Origin: an uncultured virus (IMG/VR IMGVR_UViG_3300021400_005359) | Taxonomy: Duplodnaviria; Heunggongvirae; Uroviricota; Caudoviricetes | Length of the DNA stretch: 64,000 nucleotides | Strand: one strand, 5' to 3' | IMG/VR virus record: IMGVR_UViG_3300021400_005359 | Notes under the pieces: model-generated | What the model was told of the DNA's origin: nothing | What the model saw: the letters and a program-made list of their open reading frames with translations, nothing else | Database searches by the model: none | Part shown: positions 59,344-64,000 of the stretch, one piece after another | How positions within the stretch are numbered: the stretch's first letter is position 1 | Layout of the letters: every line of letters begins with the position of its first letter | Position numbers and translations under genes: made by a program

Positions 59344-62300
59344 TTAAGCATTAGCTTTCATAGAACCAATCTGATTATTATCTTTATCATAAATCTTTTG
59401 ATTTCTCAATGACTCAATATTTTTCTTATTTGCTGCATCTCGTCCTCTTTTCTTTGTTTCCATCATAGTTCTTTCAGCAGATTCGTTATTTGTATTATAA
59501 CCACCTTGAATTGTAGTTCTTCCTGCACCAGCTGATTGTTTACTATAAGGGTCAATTTCCATATAAGACTTAGCTCCTTCAAATTGATTAGCAAAATCCT
59601 CTGCATTATAACTAACATTATCATCTTTTCTAGAATCATAGTTATCTATATCTTTATAACTAATATTTCCATTTCCATCATCCTGACGAACGAAACGATG
59701 ATATTCATTAGAATTTCTATCTTTTGCCATTACAGTGTTTACTTTATCTGCTAAGTTTTGGTCTTTAACTTCATAACAATTTTTAAATTGTGAAGAAATT
59801 TCTCCTCCAACAGCTCTATCATCATATGTCATAACCTCATTTTTACCATTAGAGAAATCATTTACATAAGCAGCTTTTCCTGTTGCACGAACATATTTGC
59901 TATGGTCATCTCCTGCCTTAACTGCCTTTGCAGCATCTGAAGATAAAGAACTCTTACTGTTACTTAAGTAAGATTTAGCTTGTTTCAAGTCTTGTTTTGC
60001 TTGTTTTATATCAGCTTTACTTGCCTTATCTGCTTTTAATTGTTTAAGATTATCTTTCGCACTGCTAACAGCTTGTTCCTGAGCTCTGTAGTTGGCAACA
60101 TCTTTCATCTCTTCAGAACTCAAATTATTCATAGCTTTTGCTTCATCCTTTCCAGTTTTTGCTTCCATTCTCTCATTACGATTATCTATAGCTTGTCCAA
60201 TATCAGCAGCAGCAGTTCCTATATCATCAGTAACACTATTACCATAATTTTCAGAAGCTTTAACACTACCAGCTACATCTCCAAGATTTGCTCTTGTAGC
60301 AGCATTTCCCATAATACCACCAGTACCTTTATAAGCACTAATTGCTTTAGAAGCACCGCTTAATGCGTGACCAGCAACTCTAGCTTTACCACTTCCATTT
60401 TCTTTAAGAGCTTTACCAGCAGTAGATAAGTTTCCGACAGCAGCATCTTTACCGACACTACCAGCTCCGCCAGAACCACTTTTTCCACCACCTCCAACAC
60501 CATTAGTTGCTCCAATATCTCTATTTACATTAAGGTCTGAAATAGCAGGATTATCTCCACCATATTTCTTAGTAAGTGCTCCAGCAGCAATATTTGCTCC
60601 ACCAGCAGCAACACCTAAAGCCTTATTCTCAATAGCAGCAAATGCAGTTTGAGCACCAGCTTTTCCTTGAGATACTGCGAAAGAACCAGCATTACCAAAG
60701 ATAAGCTGTCTAAAGCTATCAATAATAGGAAGAAGTGAGAAATAAATTACAAGTTTAGTAAATAAACCATTTGTATTTCCCATTACGTCAAAGAGGAAAG
60801 CAAATGAAAATGCGTGAACAGATTGCATAAATATATTTGCTGAAATCTCTTTGAGCCAGTTATCAAAAAGTCCTTTTTGTTTAGGACCAGAGAAAGCCAT
60901 TGAAACTATAAATAATGGAGCAGATGCAGTAAGAAGTGCAATCATAATTGCTCTCATTATATAAATACCATTCATTACAACAGTAATACCTAAAAATCCT
61001 AAAAGGATTATAATTCCTGCGATTCCGAATGAGCTAGCTCCCATAAGACCACCATCAGCCTGTGTTTGAAACAAATCAACAATTAAATTGTTAAATGTTG
61101 CAAGTAGTCTAATAAATGGAATACAAAGAGCAAGTGAGAAACCTACAATAACAAACTTTTGTAATGTTTCCATAAGACTCATTCTAAGTGAAGGATTAAT
61201 TGTTGAAAAATTTATCTGAATCAAAACTTTTGCAACAGCAACAGCTATAATCATCCAAGCCACAATTTGGAATATTAAATGATATTTAAGTACTGTTCCC
61301 CACCAAGAAGCACTCATCATACCAGCTTCATAACTAGCATTACTACGAGCACCACCATTATAAATAAGTTGTTCAATAGTTTGTAATCCAAGGGCATTTG
61401 TTAAACCAGTATAAATACCGTAAAACATTTTGTAGATTGTTTCCTCTACCCAGCCCATTTCTCCAGCACCAGCACCCTCTGTAGTAACATCAGAATACTG
61501 TGCTTGAGCAGTTGCATAGTTAGCTATAGAAAAGATTGTAACCCATACAGCATCACCTTTTGATTCAGAATCAGGCATATTGTCATTTCTTACACCATAA
61601 GGGTCTTTACCATCTGCAAACTGTTTTCCAGTTGTAGGGTCTAAATATCCTTTAGGCATAGCCCAAATGACACCAGAATCAGCTTTTGAAGGACGACCTG
61701 CTTTATGGGCTTCATCTCCATCATTTTCATTAAATATATAAGCTAAAAGATTTCCTTCTTCATCAATTACTTTATATCCATCAGAAGAATATACAGCATT
61801 ACCAGGAACCCAGTCTCCATAATTATCAGCTCCGCAAAAAATTATTTTGTTCCCAAATAATTCGTGAACATTACCATCAGCAACGCCTTTTAATTCATCT
61901 ACAATTTGAATACTTGCAGCGACATAATCTACAGTTGGATTTACAGCAACAACAGTATTTTTAAAATCAACCATATCCTTAACTGAAGAAATCAAAGTAT
62001 TCATATTAGAGCCAAGAGTAGAAGAAATCTCTTGAGCTCTCTTCATATCTACATCAAAAGAATGTGAATCATTTTTATCTCTGTCATATGAAGGAAAACT
62101 ATAAACAAGTCCAGTATCTGTAAGATTTTTACCACCAAATTTATCATCACCTTCAGCTATTGCATCATTTAATTTAAATGGGTCAGCTCCTGCTACTAAT
62201 GCAGAATAAACTGTCCAGTCAAGATATTTTTGATTTCCCTTTGTTTTCTTTTTTAATTGTTTTGCTTCATAAGAATCTCCCATACTGTTAGAATCTTCGT

Positions 62301-62496
62301 GAACATTAACATTTAATGTTCCAGTCGAATCCCAAGTAGATGTTATCATCCAGGAATCGTGACCACCAACTGCTGAACCTTGAATACCAGCATATACAGG
62401 AGTTGGAGCCATAATATCTAATGGTAAAAATGAGAAGATAATTATAAAGCATACAATTTTAAAAAATATAGATTTTTTTAAATTATGAATCTTCAC
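59344..62496 (-). CDS. VirB6/TrbL-like polytopic T4SS membrane protein with large N-terminal extracytoplasmic domain and Gly/Ala-rich C-terminal tail
   Basis: Signal peptide; central 5-6 TMs with YIMRAIMIALLTASAPLFIVSMAF...FDNWLKEISANIFMQSVHAF; adjacent to VirB4. GTG start with AGGAGG SD. Confidence 0.8.
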   Translation of the reverse strand: MKIHNLKKSIFFKIVCFIIIFSFLPLDIMAPTPVYAGIQGSAVGGHDSWMITSTWDSTGTLNVNVHEDSNSMGDSYEAKQLKKKTKGNQKYLDWTVYSALVAGADPFKLNDAIAEGDDKFGGKNLTDTGLVYSFPSYDRDKNDSHSFDVDMKRAQEISSTLGSNMNTLISSVKDMVDFKNTVVAVNPTVDYVAASIQIVDELKGVADGNVHELFGNKIIFCGADNYGDWVPGNAVYSSDGYKVIDEEGNLLAYIFNENDGDEAHKAGRPSKADSGVIWAMPKGYLDPTTGKQFADGKDPYGVRNDNMPDSESKGDAVWVTIFSIANYATAQAQYSDVTTEGAGAGEMGWVEETIYKMFYGIYTGLTNALGLQTIEQLIYNGGARSNASYEAGMMSASWWGTVLKYHLIFQIVAWMIIAVAVAKVLIQINFSTINPSLRMSLMETLQKFVIVGFSLALCIPFIRLLATFNNLIVDLFQTQADGGLMGASSFGIAGIIILLGFLGITVVMNGIYIMRAIMIALLTASAPLFIVSMAFSGPKQKGLFDNWLKEISANIFMQSVHAFSFAFLFDVMGNTNGLFTKLVIYFSLLPIIDSFRQLIFGNAGSFAVSQGKAGAQTAFAAIENKALGVAAGGANIAAGALTKKYGGDNPAISDLNVNRDIGATNGVGGGGKSGSGGAGSVGKDAAVGNLSTAGKALKENGSGKARVAGHALSGASKAISAYKGTGGIMGNAATRANLGDVAGSVKASENYGNSVTDDIGTAAADIGQAIDNRNERMEAKTGKDEAKAMNNLSSEEMKDVANYRAQEQAVSSAKDNLKQLKADKASKADIKQAKQDLKQAKSYLSNSKSSLSSDAAKAVKAGDDHSKYVRATGKAAYVNDFSNGKNEVMTYDDRAVGGEISSQFKNCYEVKDQNLADKVNTVMAKDRNSNEYHRFVRQDDGNGNISYKDIDNYDSRKDDNVSYNAEDFANQFEGAKSYMEIDPYSKQSAGAGRTTIQGGYNTNNESAERTMMETKKRGRDAANKKNIESLRNQKIYDKDNNQIGSMKANA

Positions 62497-62603
62497 ATTA
62501 AAAACCCTCCTTAAAGATTTATTAAATATAAGAATAAACTTCTCTTATTTTTATGTTATGCTTTACTATTCTTTCTTATAAAAAATAAATCTTATATTTA
62601 CTT

Positions 62604-64000
62604 TTAATAATATTTTTTAGTTATTAAATCCATTTCATACTTAAATGGATAAGCAAGAGCAACAGAAGATTCACCTTTACATCTAATAAGCATTTCTCCT
62701 CTTTTAGCTGTAAGAAGGAATAACTTTTCACCTTCTGAAAGTCTAAATGTCTCTTTTACTGCTTCAATATCTGTTGAAGACTGCTGTAAGAAAATATTAA
62801 CAACAGCGTTTGTAAGAACTGCCTTACCTTGAGGGTTGTCAGCAAATTCAATAAAGTTCTGTGAAGCAACTAAAAGTCCACCATTTCTTTTTCTTATACG
62901 TCTTGATGTATTCTCAAGGAACTGAGCAGTAAATTCACATCCAGCCATATTCTTATTCATAAGCATCCAAGCTTCGTCACAAATAATTCTCTTCTTTATA
63001 TCAGGATTCTTCTTTATGAATTTCTCCCAAGTCCAAGTAAGAGAAATATACATTCCGATAGGTCTTAAGATAGATTCTTCAAGCTGTGATACATCAAATG
63101 AAATAATAGGCATATCAAAGAAACCTACAAGGTCTTTAGATGTTTGTCTATCAAATAAATCGTAAATACCACCCTTACAGAACATCTTCATAGTATTAGC
63201 AATTTTCTTAATACTATCATTGTTTTCTCTATCAGCATAAGCTGTTAAAAGTCTATTAAAATCGGATAAAGTAGGCATAGGTTTTTTAATATTATGAATC
63301 ATTTCACCTGTTTCAGGGTCAAAAGAAGCCTCATCACTCATAAGAGATTGAGGGTCTTCTGTGAAACCTTTTTCATCATACATCTGACCAAGAACAGAAG
63401 CAATAACTGATTTAGCTTCCTTATCAAGACCACCAACCATAACAGCTATAAGGTTTAAGTTATCAGCTATCTTAGATTTTATATCAACTCTCATAATCTT
63501 CATATCAGGGTCAAATTCTTCTTCAATATCAAAAGGATTAATACCTGTAGCTACGTTTGGAGCAAGTTTAATATAAGCTCCACCCATTTCACGAGTAAGG
63601 TTTTTATATTCACCTTCAGGGTCAATAATAACAGTTCTAATGTTCTTCAAAGCACTTCTTAAAGTAAGTAAACTTAAGAAGAATGATTTACCAGAACCAG
63701 CCTGTCCGAATACAGTAATGTTAGAGTTATTTAAAATACTTCTATCATAGAAGTCCATAAGTACAGGAGTAGCAGTTGCAGTATTTATTCCAAGGAAAAT
63801 TCCATCTTTGTGTGAAATTTCTGAATTGTAAAAAGGAAAGCAAGCTGTTAAAGCTCCTGTATTAAAGTTTCTAAGTCTATCTTTAATAAACATTTCTCCG
63901 ATAGGAAGAGTTGACTTATAACCTTCATCCTGTCTTAAATAAAGCTCATTAATATCAATTCTTCTACCTTTAAGTCTGTTAACTAAACGAGAAGATTGTT
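62604..64000 (-). CDS. virB4: VirB4/ConE-family conjugation ATPase (5' end beyond the window)
   Basis: Frame stays open to the window edge (...LYLRQDEGYKSTLPIGEMF...). Walker A GQAGSGKS, IIDPEGEY, MPTLSDF, Walker B ICDEAW, RRIRKRNGGLLVASQ. Confidence 0.93.
   Translation of the reverse strand, partial: QSSRLVNRLKGRRIDINELYLRQDEGYKSTLPIGEMFIKDRLRNFNTGALTACFPFYNSEISHKDGIFLGINTATATPVLMDFYDRSILNNSNITVFGQAGSGKSFFLSLLTLRSALKNIRTVIIDPEGEYKNLTREMGGAYIKLAPNVATGINPFDIEEEFDPDMKIMRVDIKSKIADNLNLIAVMVGGLDKEAKSVIASVLGQMYDEKGFTEDPQSLMSDEASFDPETGEMIHNIKKPMPTLSDFNRLLTAYADRENNDSIKKIANTMKMFCKGGIYDLFDRQTSKDLVGFFDMPIISFDVSQLEESILRPIGMYISLTWTWEKFIKKNPDIKKRIICDEAWMLMNKNMAGCEFTAQFLENTSRRIRKRNGGLLVASQNFIEFADNPQGKAVLTNAVVNIFLQQSSTDIEAVKETFRLSEGEKLFLLTAKRGEMLIRCKGESSVALAYPFKYEMDLITKKYY

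Noticed and set aside
18560..60363. Numerous 60-160 aa ORFs nested in or antisense to long genes (e.g. 18560-18790, 19156-19608, 52191-52670, 56064-56387, 60040-60363)
   Set aside because: Frame or antisense shadows of well-supported genes, lacking SD sites and recognisable motifs.
1..64000. Alternative genetic code (stop-codon reassignment)
   Set aside because: Very long ORFs and high coding density under the standard bacterial code. The genes checked end mostly in TAA, with TGA used as stop at 37940 and 40725.

Overview
A very AT-rich (roughly 25-30% GC by eye), gene-dense segment that looks like part of a large conjugative extrachromosomal element (megaplasmid or giant ICE) of a Bacillota/Clostridia-type host. 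Supporting signs are strong AGGAGG/AAGGAG SD sites, TATAAT promoters, SLH domains and SpoVG. The left half mixes replication/repair and accessory genes: NAD-dependent DNA ligase (cut by the window edge), ADP-ribosylglycohydrolase, a stand-alone 5'-3' exonuclease, RecD2, SpoVG and a HAD nucleotidase. It also holds two atypical Flp-like pilins and many orphan membrane proteins and lipoproteins. The right half carries a 3101-aa SLH surface protein, FtsH with an unannotated overlapping 34-aa membrane peptide, and an oversized Gram-positive T4SS-like block: VirB4 (cut by the edge), a 1050-aa VirB6-like protein, a 1617-aa coiled-coil protein, a 3733-aa SLT+NlpC/P60 wall hydrolase and a VirB2-like protein. 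The most unusual signals are: (1) two promoter/terminator-bounded, highly structured intergenic RNAs (about 10.4-10.65 kb and 24.0-24.3 kb) plus structured spoVG UTRs; (2) apparently disarmed restriction-enzyme domains, one fused to a membrane-anchored extracellular region; (3) apparent avoidance of GATC and CATG across the window, with CATG avoidance breaking down only inside the middle of the giant hydrolase gene. No rRNA, tRNA, CRISPR array, transposase or phage structural gene was recognised. All family calls are from motif recognition by eye, not database searches.
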